Shown: positions 39,415 through 49,059 of the stretch, piece by piece
How positions within the stretch are numbered: position 1 is the first letter of the stretch
Layout of the letters: each line of letters starts with the position of its first letter
Assembly (NCBI GenBank): GCA_028688055.1
Contig: JAQTYZ010000002.1
Coordinates: 132,256 to 196,255, forward strand
DNA length: 64,000 nt
Source of the DNA: Patescibacteria group bacterium
GTDB taxonomy: Bacteria; Patescibacteriota; Patescibacteriia; Buchananbacterales; UBA6539
Direction: 5' to 3'
Made by a program: the position numbers and the translations under genes
The notes under the pieces: generated by a model
Database searches by the model: none
Told to the model about the DNA's origin: nothing
Seen by the model: the letters and a program-made list of their open reading frames with translations, nothing else

Positions 39415-40872
39415 ATGACGGACCCCTTCCGAAATTTAACAAGATTTTTCTCGACCTTCGTTAGCAAGTATCAAAAAATGTTGAAAAAAATCTGGCTAAT
39501 TTTGGCCGGGGTTTTGTTTTTGTCAGCTGTGGCCCTATTCGGGCGCTGGTTGATTTTTGTTTCCGATAAATTAATAGCATTTGCGCCGGCTAATTCCATT
39601 GTTTATTTCTCATCACGCCAATCGTTTTGGTCGTGGCAAGTTCATACGGCCGATAATCTACCAATTAAAAATCTTGATTGGCTGACCAATGAAGTAACCA
39701 ATTTATCGACTGCTGACTTTCGACAAAAATTTACCAGCCAGGCTAACCAACTTTCCTTCAGCGTTGTCAGCAATACCACTGGTGGTCTAGGTTATATTTT
39801 ATTTTTAGCTTTTGATCGTCACAGTATTGCGGCTGACGACTATGCTCAATTGAAAAATTATTGGCAGCCGCGTCCTAATATTTTAATCATCGCTTCGGAC
39901 GCGACACTGATTGAGCAAGTTAAAAAAATATCAACTGGTTTTGAGTTATCACTTAATGACGTCATTAGTCACGACTTGTTTGGTCGGGGGGAGTTTAATT
40001 TATTTCTTAGTTCCAAAAATTTAAATCAGTATTTAGATAATAAAAAAACGACTCTGGGATTTGTAAAAATTCTAAATCGGGATGTCTATTTATCATTGAA
40101 CAAAAAAGTTGAACACTGGGTTTTTACGGCCAACCGTTTGGACAAATCACAATTATTAAACATCGCTTCTCCCTTAACGGTGTTGCCCCAGAATTTTATT
40201 TTTTATATTTCTGGCTTTAAGCTCAGTGACGTCTTGACTGACTGGCTAAGCATTGATTCTAGTTTGTTCACAGCGCAAGCCGATTTATTAAAGCCGATCT
40301 TATCATCAGGTAATTTTAGCAATGATGATATTTCAGGTTTATTTAATCATCCGGCCACCGCCGTTTTTGCCCCGACCTCAGCGCCGTCTGTTTTCGGCGT
40401 CGATTATGTCCTGACGTTTGATAATGTTAGCGACCGTGAAGTCAGCCTGCTTAAAGATTTAGTCGTTTATTATTTAGCCCAGAAAAATCCTAAAATAATT
40501 GCCAGAGTTTTACCAGATAAAACAGTGGTTAAGGAATTGGTTTTGGATCGAAATTTGTGGCCCTGGCAAGTTGATCATAGCAGTAGTCGCGAAGTTTATT
40601 ATGTTAATGATAAGTCTTTGCCAATTGAGTTTGCCTATAGTTATGATGGTAGCATTTTAACTATCGCTAATTCACGCCAATTGTTAAATAATATATTTGT
40701 TGGTGACGGTATTTCACTTTTGTCATTAGGCCGTTGTCGTCAGGCGGCGCCAAATTTTATTTTAAATGTTGCTAATTTGTCCGCTGACATTAATAAGTAT
40801 TTGCCGTCGGGGCTAGTTATGGGAAGCGATCATCAGGGTAGTAAGGTTAGTGGGTGTATCTTGGAAAATTAG
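39415..40872 (+). CDS. hypothetical membrane-anchored protein
   Basis: 485 aa. Single N-terminal TM helix, no recognisable domain. Terminator at 40945-40972. Confidence 0.45.
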   Translation: MTDPFRNLTRFFSTFVSKYQKMLKKIWLILAGVLFLSAVALFGRWLIFVSDKLIAFAPANSIVYFSSRQSFWSWQVHTADNLPIKNLDWLTNEVTNLSTADFRQKFTSQANQLSFSVVSNTTGGLGYILFLAFDRHSIAADDYAQLKNYWQPRPNILIIASDATLIEQVKKISTGFELSLNDVISHDLFGRGEFNLFLSSKNLNQYLDNKKTTLGFVKILNRDVYLSLNKKVEHWVFTANRLDKSQLLNIASPLTVLPQNFIFYISGFKLSDVLTDWLSIDSSLFTAQADLLKPILSSGNFSNDDISGLFNHPATAVFAPTSAPSVFGVDYVLTFDNVSDREVSLLKDLVVYYLAQKNPKIIARVLPDKTVVKELVLDRNLWPWQVDHSSSREVYYVNDKSLPIEFAYSYDGSILTIANSRQLLNNIFVGDGISLLSLGRCRQAAPNFILNVANLSADINKYLPSGLVMGSDHQGSKVSGCILEN

Positions 40873-40989
40873 TAGTTGTGGATAAGTTGTTGATATTAAT
40901 TTAAATAATAAAATATTTTTTTTAGCTTTTGTAAAGACGAAAAAGGCGCTAAAATAAAGCGCTTTTTTATTTTTAAGTCAAAAATATTG

Positions 40990-41378
40990 ACATAAGCCAT
41001 AATGTATGATATATTTAGATTGTAGACTGAAACTTGAAAATTATAGAAAAGTTTCCCCAGAATTAAATTGGAGAAATTTTTTTCTTCTCTACTACTTTTA
41101 TCGACGAGGTCATAAAACTGACTATGGCCCACAAAAACAAAAACAAAACTTCGGTTCAAGAACCCATAAAGAGAGTTCTGACCAAAGAGGGGTAGAGGAG
41201 CGCTTCAGTCAGTAGAAGCACAAGTAAGCTTTTGGGAGTCTGTGTCTAGACATTCAGTAGAGAGTAAATCAAATTTGATTTATTGCCTACTGAGTGTGTA
41301 GGCGACTGCTAAGAGCTCTAGGGGTGCATTCGCCATAAATTAAATTATTTGGGGCGCTAAATGCGCCCCTCTTTTTAT
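40990..41378 (+). ncRNA. candidate non-coding transcription unit (promoter- and terminator-bounded, unknown RNA)
   Basis: TTGACA at 40992 with a downstream TATGAT/TAATGT. Ends at the strong terminator ggggcgc-taaat-gcgcccc + T-run (41351-41377). The only ORF is a 69-aa low-complexity one with no SD. Contains a ~20-bp imperfect inverted repeat TCAGTAGAGAGTAAATCAAA/TTTGATTTATTGCCTACTGA at ~41248-41287. Confidence 0.3.
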
Positions 41379-41436
41379 CCCATTGATTTTACCATTATTG
41401 ACATAATAATCTGACGGCGATATCATTATCTTTAGT

Positions 41437-41808
41437 ATGAATCAAGCAGCTTTAGACAAAATTAAATCTAGCCTCGAAGTTGAAAAAAAGAAACTGTCTT
41501 TGGAGTTGTCCGAATTTACCAAACCGGATGTTGATAATTCGGATAATTATAAATCCGAGTTTCCTAAGTATGGCGATGATGAAGACGAGAATGCGGCCGA
41601 GGTTGCTGACTACGGCGATCGATTATCACTGGAGCATGTTTTAGAAAAACAGTTGCGTGATGTCAACAAAGCGCTGGGCTTAATTGAAGCTGGAACTTAC
41701 GGTACTTGTCAGCATTGTGGGCAGGCCATTGAGGAGCAACGACTGTTGGTTAGGCCAACTTCGAGTTCATGTGTTGAATGTAAAAAACGTCTAACCGGTG
41801 AAGAATAG
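41437..41808 (+). CDS. DksA/TraR-family C4 zinc-finger protein
   Basis: 123 aa. N-terminal coiled coil. C-terminal CQHCGQ...CVECKK four-Cys finger. Confidence 0.75.
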   Translation: MNQAALDKIKSSLEVEKKKLSLELSEFTKPDVDNSDNYKSEFPKYGDDEDENAAEVADYGDRLSLEHVLEKQLRDVNKALGLIEAGTYGTCQHCGQAIEEQRLLVRPTSSSCVECKKRLTGEE

Positions 41809-42268
41809 ATTGATGCTTAAAAAATATTTTTTGTTTGGCTTGCCGGTCATTTTCTTTTTTATTGCTGACCGGTTTTTAAAATATTGGTTTACCCAAAATC
41901 CCTCCGCTAAAATCGGAGGGGGTTTTATTATTCCTTTTTTGGATTTTAAGTTGGTGCCCAACTATGGTGTTGCTTTTGGCATTTTATTTAATCAGACCGC
42001 CATTCTATTTTTTGTCATCGTCATCCTGATTGTTTTAATTTTCTGGTTAGTCGATTTTATTAAACAGCTCAATTGGTTTTCGGTTTTTTCACTTAGCTTG
42101 ATTATCGCCGGTGCCATCTCTAATTTGCTTGATCGGTTGCACTATGGATTCGTCGTCGACTATATCGACGTTACTTGGTTTACGGTTTTTAATTTAGCTG
42201 ACGCCATGATTACGTTCGGAGTTTTTTTACTATTGTTGGCAACTGTCAAAAGTAAAAATAATAGTTAA
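41798..42268 (+). CDS. lspA: lipoprotein signal peptidase II
   Basis: 156 aa, 4 TM helices. Conserved NLLDRL and FNLAD motifs. Confidence 0.85.
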   Translation: MKNRLMLKKYFLFGLPVIFFFIADRFLKYWFTQNPSAKIGGGFIIPFLDFKLVPNYGVAFGILFNQTAILFFVIVILIVLIFWLVDFIKQLNWFSVFSLSLIIAGAISNLLDRLHYGFVVDYIDVTWFTVFNLADAMITFGVFLLLLATVKSKNNS

Positions 42269-42350
42269 CTGGACAAAGCTTTAATTATCTTGTAATATCA
42301 ACTCAGAAAATATTCAACATAGCGCACCTAATTATTAAGGGGCGCTTTTT

Positions 42351-43217
42351 ATGTCTTCAAAAGTTTTAGCGGCGGCGGTCTTGGGCCTAGAGTGTGAATT
42401 AGTTACGGTTGAAGCGGACACCTCGCCGGCTTTGCCCGGAATATTTATCGTGGGCTTGCCGGATAAATCGGTCGACGAATCTAAAGAAAGAGTGCGCTCG
42501 GCAATTAAAAATTCCGGTTTAGCGATGCCGCGCACCAAGGTGACTGTTAATCTCGCTCCCGCTGATTTAAAAAAAGTTGGGCCAGCTTATGACTTGCCAA
42601 TCGCAATCAGTATTTTAGTAGCCAGCAGTCAGTTGTCGTTAAAAGATAAATGGTCGAAGCAACTTTTTATCGGTGAATTAGCGCTGGACGGCCAACTTCG
42701 TCCGGTGGCCGGCGTTTTATCAATTTGTCTTAAAGCCAAGGCGTTAGGAATAAATAAAGTAATTTTACCTTTGGCTAACGCCGCTGAAGCATCATTGGTT
42801 TCAGGGTTAGAAATAATTGCCTGTAAAAGTCTGGAGCAGCTTTCATTATATTTAAAATCGAAAATAGCCATTGAGCCATTTGAGCCACCGCCAACAATTT
42901 TTAATGCTGTTAATGAATTCGGGGGATTAGATATGGCTAATATTAAAGGTCAGCATCAGGCCAAACGAGCGTTGGAAATAGCGGCCGCCGGTGGGCATAA
43001 TATTTTATTTTATGGCCCGCCCGGCTCTGGTAAAACATTATTGGCCAAAACTGCGGTAACGATTTTGCCGTCAATGACTAAATCTGAAGCGCTTGATGTC
43101 ACTAGGATTTATAGCGTCGCTGGCTTACTGCCGCCCGGGCAACCGTTGATTAACCAGCGGCCATTTCGGGCACCGCATCATACTTCATCGGGCGTGGCGT
43201 GTATAATAGCAAGGTAG
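42351..43217 (+). pseudogene. comM: comM/yifB (Mg-chelatase-like AAA+ competence ATPase) N-terminal fragment, interrupted by an integrated element
   Basis: YifB N-terminal Lon-like domain and Walker A (FYGPPGSGKT). Reads ...RAPHHTSSGVA, then runs into element sequence and terminates. The rest of the gene resumes at 52558. Confidence 0.8.
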
Positions 43218-43342
43218 AGAGATTAGGGGTTAAGTTTGAGATTGTGAGAAATTTAACCTGAAATTTAAGGTATTCTAGTATTATGGACAGAGCTCTATTA
43301 AAGTAATAAGATTTAGGGTAGTAAAATATTTTGGAATAGTAT

Positions 43343-44404
43343 ATGGGAAAAATGTTTTTAGCTTTTGCAGACTGCTCTTCTTCTAACAAAAATGTTATCA
43401 AAAAGATTGGAAACATTGAATTTTTTAATTTAGCAAAGATTAATCAGAATGATTTTTTGAGGTTAATGAATAGTAAATTTAAGTTTCCGAACAAAAAGTT
43501 GATAAAAAACTTTCCCAATTCACCTGACTATAAATTATTCACCGATTTATACAAATGTAGTGCCTGGGGCATGATGGTACCCCACAATCATAGGGAAAGT
43601 TTTGGATCAATATATATTCCAAGAATGATAACCCATCTTTATACGGCCAAACCTTTGATATGCACTTTTTCTGTGACTGTTGCCGGACCATGGATTATGA
43701 CTAGAAAACTTGCTATAGATCAGAGAGCTCAGTTTCATTCTGAAGACAAGTCTTTGATGTCTAAAAGGTTTTTAAAGTTTTATAAAGAAATTTATCCGGT
43801 GATCCAAGGAACCAACTGGAACGCCGATGAAGTTACTCAATGGGATAATGAGCGTTGGAGGGTTCACTTGGCACTAGTTTTTTTTGATCAATTATTCGAA
43901 TACTATAACAAGAAGCCAGTAACAACTTGGCCGAAAGAATGCTCAGAAATTGTCACACTAATTGAAACTATTTTCTCAGTGCATAAAAGTGATTATGGTC
44001 AAACACTAATGATGCAAAGAGTAGAGGTGTTGTTGGGTGATTTTTATGGCAAAGCCTTTAAGGATGTAAAACAAGATCTAAAAGATCTTTTTGATTACAG
44101 AAACAAATTTATTCATGGTAAATACTTTTTGACATTAAAGAAAAAAGTAACTACTTATCCAGATAATAGTAATATGGCACAGTTGCCCTCTGTTGACATG
44201 AGGTTGCTTTTTTCTCTAGAACTTATCGTTAGGGATTTAATGGTGGCATACTTGTATTTGTTAAAATATTTTCATCATAAGTCAAACAGAGGTAATATTA
44301 TGCTATCTAGAGTTATTTTGGAAGCCGTTATGGACATTCAGTTACGAGAAAAAATTCAATTCCGAGTAAATAGAATCCTTAGGCTAACTCATAGGGAGAG
44401 GTGA
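43343..44404 (+). CDS. hypothetical protein with C-terminal HEPN-like R-N-x-x-x-H-G motif (element cargo)
   Basis: 353 aa. DLFDYRNKFIHGKYF in a helical C-terminal region. Preceded by a TATTATGGACA promoter-like box. Followed by a CCCC-gtaa-GGGG + T-run terminator (44487-44506). Confidence 0.4.
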   Translation: MGKMFLAFADCSSSNKNVIKKIGNIEFFNLAKINQNDFLRLMNSKFKFPNKKLIKNFPNSPDYKLFTDLYKCSAWGMMVPHNHRESFGSIYIPRMITHLYTAKPLICTFSVTVAGPWIMTRKLAIDQRAQFHSEDKSLMSKRFLKFYKEIYPVIQGTNWNADEVTQWDNERWRVHLALVFFDQLFEYYNKKPVTTWPKECSEIVTLIETIFSVHKSDYGQTLMMQRVEVLLGDFYGKAFKDVKQDLKDLFDYRNKFIHGKYFLTLKKKVTTYPDNSNMAQLPSVDMRLLFSLELIVRDLMVAYLYLLKYFHHKSNRGNIMLSRVILEAVMDIQLREKIQFRVNRILRLTHRER

Positions 44405-44585
44405 AGAGATCTGGTTTGACTTATTGAGGTTAATGAACTATTTTTAACCTACCAACATAGCACGATAAAGCAGAATCAACATAGCGTCCCCGTAAGGGGG
44501 TTTTTGATTTGTCTAATTTTGGTATTATGGACACAGATTTGTTGGTGTATTAAGATTTATAATAATTGAAATAATCAAATAAGTT

Positions 44586-45113
44586 ATGCATGATTCAGAA
44601 AAATTTAAAGAAGCCATGAAAAGTATGCCTGATAATAGCATTGATGATTTTACTAAAAATATTGTAAAATTTTTATTAAAATTTAATGATGAGCAGATTA
44701 ATACAGTATCATTCGTGTTTTGGTTAGTTTATGTCGCAGAACTTAAATTAGACGAATTTAGAATACACGCATGGGAAGTAGCAGAAAAGGATTCTTCTGA
44801 AGATATAATTGATAGAGCTAAGCAGATGCTTACTGATAAAATTAATTTAGATAGGTCAGTTATCAATAACCCTAGATATTTTTCTGAAAAAATAAAATTT
44901 TTTGAAGGTGTTATAGGAAAAAATGATTTTGTTGAGATTTTATATATTTTAAGAGATTTGAGAAATGATATAAGTCATTTACGTATAGATAATTTAAAAT
45001 ATAAAGAATTATCTCTCTACACAAGAGAAGCAAAGGAAAATCTTATAATTGATTTTGTTGAGTCGGCAAGGAATTGCAATGCATCTAAATCTGATTTTAG
45101 GCAGTTTATCTGA
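44586..45113 (+). CDS. small HEPN-like protein (R-N-x-x-x-H motif; element cargo)
   Basis: 175 aa. ILYILRDLRNDISHLRID, which resembles the LRxxRNxxxH HEPN catalytic helix. Own TGgTATTATGGACA extended -10 box. Confidence 0.4.
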   Translation: MHDSEKFKEAMKSMPDNSIDDFTKNIVKFLLKFNDEQINTVSFVFWLVYVAELKLDEFRIHAWEVAEKDSSEDIIDRAKQMLTDKINLDRSVINNPRYFSEKIKFFEGVIGKNDFVEILYILRDLRNDISHLRIDNLKYKELSLYTREAKENLIIDFVESARNCNASKSDFRQFI

Positions 45114-45188
45114 GTTTTTAATCCTTCTTGTTTAAACTTAAGGTGGCAGATGGTTGGGTCGTCATTATACATGAATATTTAATTTAAT

Positions 45189-46328
45189 ATGGAAAATTTT
45201 CAAAGTCTTTATGATCCAATTGATAAGTGTATAGAAGAAGGTGTTATTAATTCCAAGTTTCTCGAGATACTTGCAAAGACAAATCCTCTTAGCACTTGGC
45301 ATAATGAATTTTTAGAATTAGATAAAGTATATAAGTGGCCAAGTCTTAAACAAACACATTATCAAATCGACATAGAAGTTGATAGCCCGACCATTATCTT
45401 AAATGGGGAAATAAAAGATTATAAAAATATTATCTATACTAAAAAAACTAAGGTAATAAGAAAGGGGAGAGGCAAAGACTCGGAAGAAAGTTTAGAATCA
45501 TATTTAAACGAAAAGCTAGGAACAATATCATCGTTTTTGATGTTAAGTAAAAAACATTCAGATGATTATATTAAGTTAGGTTCAGAAAAATTAAGTCAGT
45601 TATTGAGCAGTGAGGGTTCGTGGGAGATTAAAGATAAAGATATTTCTATTAGTGGAAACTTAAATATTTTTGAGAGTGATGAATTGTTAGACCAGTTAAC
45701 TATTTCATTTTTATTAAAATCTGCGAGAGAAGGTAAAGGTAGACTACTACAAGATGCTGCAGCTTTGATTTTAATAGCTTTACTATATAAAAGATTGAAC
45801 TATCAGGTAGAAAGTATTTTTAAAGATATTAAAAATATTGACTGTAGTGAGACTCTTGATGATGCAATACATTTTGCAATCAAAATTATTAAGGACGATG
45901 AAACGGTGCCAGAAAGGTTTAGATTCAAGTCTGGCAACAGCAGTTCATTAAGATTTTTTTTAGTAGGGACAAGTTACTCAGAAGCTGGGGAAAACGTCTT
46001 TATACCAAAAATAAGAGAATATTTTCGGGATAAACGACTAAAATATGATAAGGTTTCAAAAGAGGATTATTTTAGTGAACTATCTACCGAAAAAGATGAA
46101 GAAGAAATAGAGTTTGATGTAAAAGATGAAAAAAATAACTTAAAGTTAAACGAGGGGTTACTGGCAAGTATTGATGGGGTAATCAATAATTTATCCGAGA
46201 GAGATCAAGCCATCTGGCGTATGTTTTTGGACGGACGTACCGGTGACGAAATAGGTGAAAGATTTGGCTTAGGTAAGGCAAGGATTTCTCAGATATTAGC
46301 TGAAATTAGAAAAAAAATTATGGATTAA
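45189..46328 (+). CDS. protein with C-terminal sigma-70 region-4 (LuxR/ECF-type HTH) domain
   Basis: 379 aa. C-terminal LSERDQAIWRMFLDGRTGDEIGERFGLGKARISQILAEIRKKI is a region-4 HTH signature. The N-terminal 300 aa has no recognisable family. Confidence 0.55.
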   Translation: MENFQSLYDPIDKCIEEGVINSKFLEILAKTNPLSTWHNEFLELDKVYKWPSLKQTHYQIDIEVDSPTIILNGEIKDYKNIIYTKKTKVIRKGRGKDSEESLESYLNEKLGTISSFLMLSKKHSDDYIKLGSEKLSQLLSSEGSWEIKDKDISISGNLNIFESDELLDQLTISFLLKSAREGKGRLLQDAAALILIALLYKRLNYQVESIFKDIKNIDCSETLDDAIHFAIKIIKDDETVPERFRFKSGNSSSLRFFLVGTSYSEAGENVFIPKIREYFRDKRLKYDKVSKEDYFSELSTEKDEEEIEFDVKDEKNNLKLNEGLLASIDGVINNLSERDQAIWRMFLDGRTGDEIGERFGLGKARISQILAEIRKKIMD

Positions 46329-46504
46329 ACTTTTCCGGTTTTTAATCCATATATATAAGTAACACTATTTAAAGTGTTATTTTTTTATATCCCAAATGAC
46401 TCCAAACTTTGAGATCATCCATGAAAAGCTTGATATATCACCTCAGGAGGCCGAGCGCCGCTTATTTTCAGCGTTATCTCAATTAATTTCATACGGAGAT
46501 TTAT

Positions 46505-46765
46505 ATGTCGAAGAAAATGAACAGAAAAATCACAATCAATCCGCTGTTTAAAACGAAGGATTCGTACCTAGCGAGTGTAATTTATTATTTTGGTTTTAAA
46601 TTGGACTCTACGGAATGGCAGGGAGACTCCTTATTTTTTGTATTCGAAAATGCAGAGGAAGCAGAAAAAATTGTTAAGCAATACTATGCAGGGGAACTTA
46701 AAGTCGATCCTAGAATTTTATTTGATTCCTATAAGATAATAAAGCAGATAATCTTTAGCAGATGA
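46505..46765 (+). CDS. hypothetical small protein (element)
   Basis: 86-aa ORF co-oriented in the element. Confidence 0.35.
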   Translation: MSKKMNRKITINPLFKTKDSYLASVIYYFGFKLDSTEWQGDSLFFVFENAEEAEKIVKQYYAGELKVDPRILFDSYKIIKQIIFSR

Positions 46766-46974
46766 TGGAATTTAAATTTACAACTGAAAATTATGAGTTG
46801 CTCAGATTTTTGCATAAAGAGCTAATAAAGAATTTAGATGAAACTAATGAACTAGAGTTTGTCCTGATGGAAAAGAAAAGAGATTTTTATAGACTAAGTA
46901 AAAAAATTAACGAACTAACTAACAAAATTAAATTAAATGAAAATGAAGATTCAAAGCCCAAAGCCAAAAGTTAA
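46762..46974 (+). CDS. hypothetical small coiled-coil protein (element)
   Basis: 70 aa. Its start overlaps the preceding stop (ATGA). Confidence 0.3.
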   Translation: MMEFKFTTENYELLRFLHKELIKNLDETNELEFVLMEKKRDFYRLSKKINELTNKIKLNENEDSKPKAKS

Positions 46975-48328
46975 AGAAGTATTTATCAGTTCCTTGGTAA
47001 ACCCTAAAGATGCCAGTCTAGTTGAAATGGTTTATTCAGAAGATCAAAACTCCACTCGTTTTATTCAGTACTTTAACGGAGAAATTGATACTAGGGATTA
47101 TATCGAAAAAGAGGATGGTAGAGTTAAGCTATTACCATTTCCACCCAATAATGACTTGGTTAAAAATAAGGTTATCCTATTCCCTAGCTATCCAGCCGAG
47201 TATGGCAATGATAGACAGTTGTTAAATAACATTTCTAACTTTATTCATAAATACTTAGACGTAAGTCCATTTTTTGAAAAAATATCGTCTTACTATGTTT
47301 TGTTTACATGGGTTTATGATTGTTTTAATGAACTACCTTACCTCCGAGCGCTAGGTGATTATGGAACAGGCAAATCAAGACTTTTAAAAGTTGTTGGTTC
47401 AATTTGTTATAAACCAATGTTTACTGCTGGGGCAACTACTGTTTCTCCAGTTTTTAGAATTATTGATAGCTTTAGAGGCACATTAATTTTAGATGAAGCA
47501 GATTTGAAGTTTAGTGATACTACTATGGAAATAATTAAAATATTAAACTCTGGTTATGCAAGTGGAACTCCAGTATTACGAAGTGTAACCGATGGTAAAA
47601 ATGGCTTTGATGTTAAGAGCTTTAATGTTTACTGCCCTAAGATTATAGGGACTAGGGGTAGATTTCAGGATAAAGCTCTAGAGAGCCGTTTTCTAGTTGA
47701 GGTAATGGATAAAAATAAGTTAAGAGATGACATCCCGATCAACCTGCCTGAGAGTTTTGAAAAAGGAGCGCTTGATCTAAGAAACCAATTGCTAATGTGG
47801 CGCTTTAAGAACCATGGCTCTAAGAAGATTAAGCATGAGTTGGTTGATAAAAGTATAGAGCCTCGTTTAAACCAAATCATTGTACCTCTGGCTAGTGTTA
47901 TTGAGCACTCTGAGCTTATCAAGGAGTTGCAGGACTTTATTAGAGAGTACAATAGGCAATTAACCTCAGATCGGGGAATGACATGGGAGGCTGGTATTCT
48001 AGAGGCAATTATAGAGCTTAAAAAGGAGTTGATATTAAGCCCAACTGTTAAAGAAATCACTGAAAGGCATAACGCCACCGTTGAAGAAAAAGAAAAAATA
48101 ACAAATAGGAAAACGGGTTACATCATTCGGGAGAAGCTTGGGTTCATAACGGTGAAAACTCGTGATGGTTATATTGTTGAGGGTAATGAGAAGAATAACA
48201 CAAGATTTTTTCACCTAGTTACTAAATATGGTTTAGATGAATTGTTAGAGGGTGAGAAGCGTGAACATGTGAATGATGTGAACGTTGCTACAGGGGTAGA
48301 TAAGGATGATTTACCTAAATTCAGCTAA
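46937..48328 (+). CDS. P-loop NTPase, putative element replication protein (D5/VirE/primase-helicase C-terminal-like)
   Basis: 463 aa. Walker A LGDYGTGKSRLL and Walker B TLILDEADL with downstream motifs. Confidence 0.5.
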   Translation: MKMKIQSPKPKVKEVFISSLVNPKDASLVEMVYSEDQNSTRFIQYFNGEIDTRDYIEKEDGRVKLLPFPPNNDLVKNKVILFPSYPAEYGNDRQLLNNISNFIHKYLDVSPFFEKISSYYVLFTWVYDCFNELPYLRALGDYGTGKSRLLKVVGSICYKPMFTAGATTVSPVFRIIDSFRGTLILDEADLKFSDTTMEIIKILNSGYASGTPVLRSVTDGKNGFDVKSFNVYCPKIIGTRGRFQDKALESRFLVEVMDKNKLRDDIPINLPESFEKGALDLRNQLLMWRFKNHGSKKIKHELVDKSIEPRLNQIIVPLASVIEHSELIKELQDFIREYNRQLTSDRGMTWEAGILEAIIELKKELILSPTVKEITERHNATVEEKEKITNRKTGYIIREKLGFITVKTRDGYIVEGNEKNNTRFFHLVTKYGLDELLEGEKREHVNDVNVATGVDKDDLPKFS

Positions 48329-48399
48329 ACTCAAATAAGCCAAATTCTATTTATTAACCCCTAATTAAAGTTCACAACGTTCACACGTTCACAAAGTAT

Positions 48400-49059
48400 A
48401 TGGAGAAACCTAAAAAAATAAACAATCAATTGTCTATTAGTCAAAAAAAAGAGCTTGAAGAATGGGAAAAAAAGATAGACAGTGGAGAAGCTTATAAAAT
48501 TGCAGAAAATGAATTAATGAATAACGTTAGTAGCAATTATGATTTTCAACAGGGTATAAGGAAATTTGCAGAGGTCATTTTTCCTAAGTTGGCAATTAAA
48601 AGAGAAAAACTAACCAAAGAAGAACAGGAAGAGTTCAGAAATATTAGTTTATGTTGTGGCTTAGATAACGGGTTTGGGATAATGGGGGCTGTGGAAGTTG
48701 ATAATCGTGGTTTAATTCAAACCCTACGGAAAAAGTTGATAAAGGAATTTGATTGCAAATCGTATAGCGAGAAAGCATTGGTTGACTTGGCAGTTAATGC
48801 ATATTCAAGAAATCTAACATTCAGCACAAGTTTAATTACTTCCAACAAAATGGGGTACACTACTCAGCTACTAAATAATTATTTAAGTATTGCAAGCAAA
48901 GAGATAGATCGAGCAAATAGACAATTTATTACTGCCCTAGAAACATTGAGACAACTAAAACAGCCGGAGTTAAAGGTTAATGTTAAAACAAAAAATGCTT
49001 TTATTGCTCAAAATCAACAGTTTAACAATAATCAGAATGAAACCAACAACTCCAAATAA
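48400..49059 (+). CDS. hypothetical protein (element)
   Basis: 219 aa. Asn/Gln-rich C-terminus. Confidence 0.35.
   Translation: MEKPKKINNQLSISQKKELEEWEKKIDSGEAYKIAENELMNNVSSNYDFQQGIRKFAEVIFPKLAIKREKLTKEEQEEFRNISLCCGLDNGFGIMGAVEVDNRGLIQTLRKKLIKEFDCKSYSEKALVDLAVNAYSRNLTFSTSLITSNKMGYTTQLLNNYLSIASKEIDRANRQFITALETLRQLKQPELKVNVKTKNAFIAQNQQFNNNQNETNNSK

Noticed and set aside
40896-41215. ORFs 40896..41159 (-) and 41006..41215 (+) in the dksA-upstream region
   Set aside because: Low-complexity translation (K/Q/N-rich), no SD, mutually overlapping. The region is better explained as a non-coding transcription unit. See the ncRNA candidate.
48980-49036. ORF-track start of 48980 for the zinc-ribbon gene, overlapping the preceding gene by 80 nt
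   Set aside because: The internal ATG at 49037 gives a small overlap typical of this element's gene packing, so the longer N-terminus is probably not translated.
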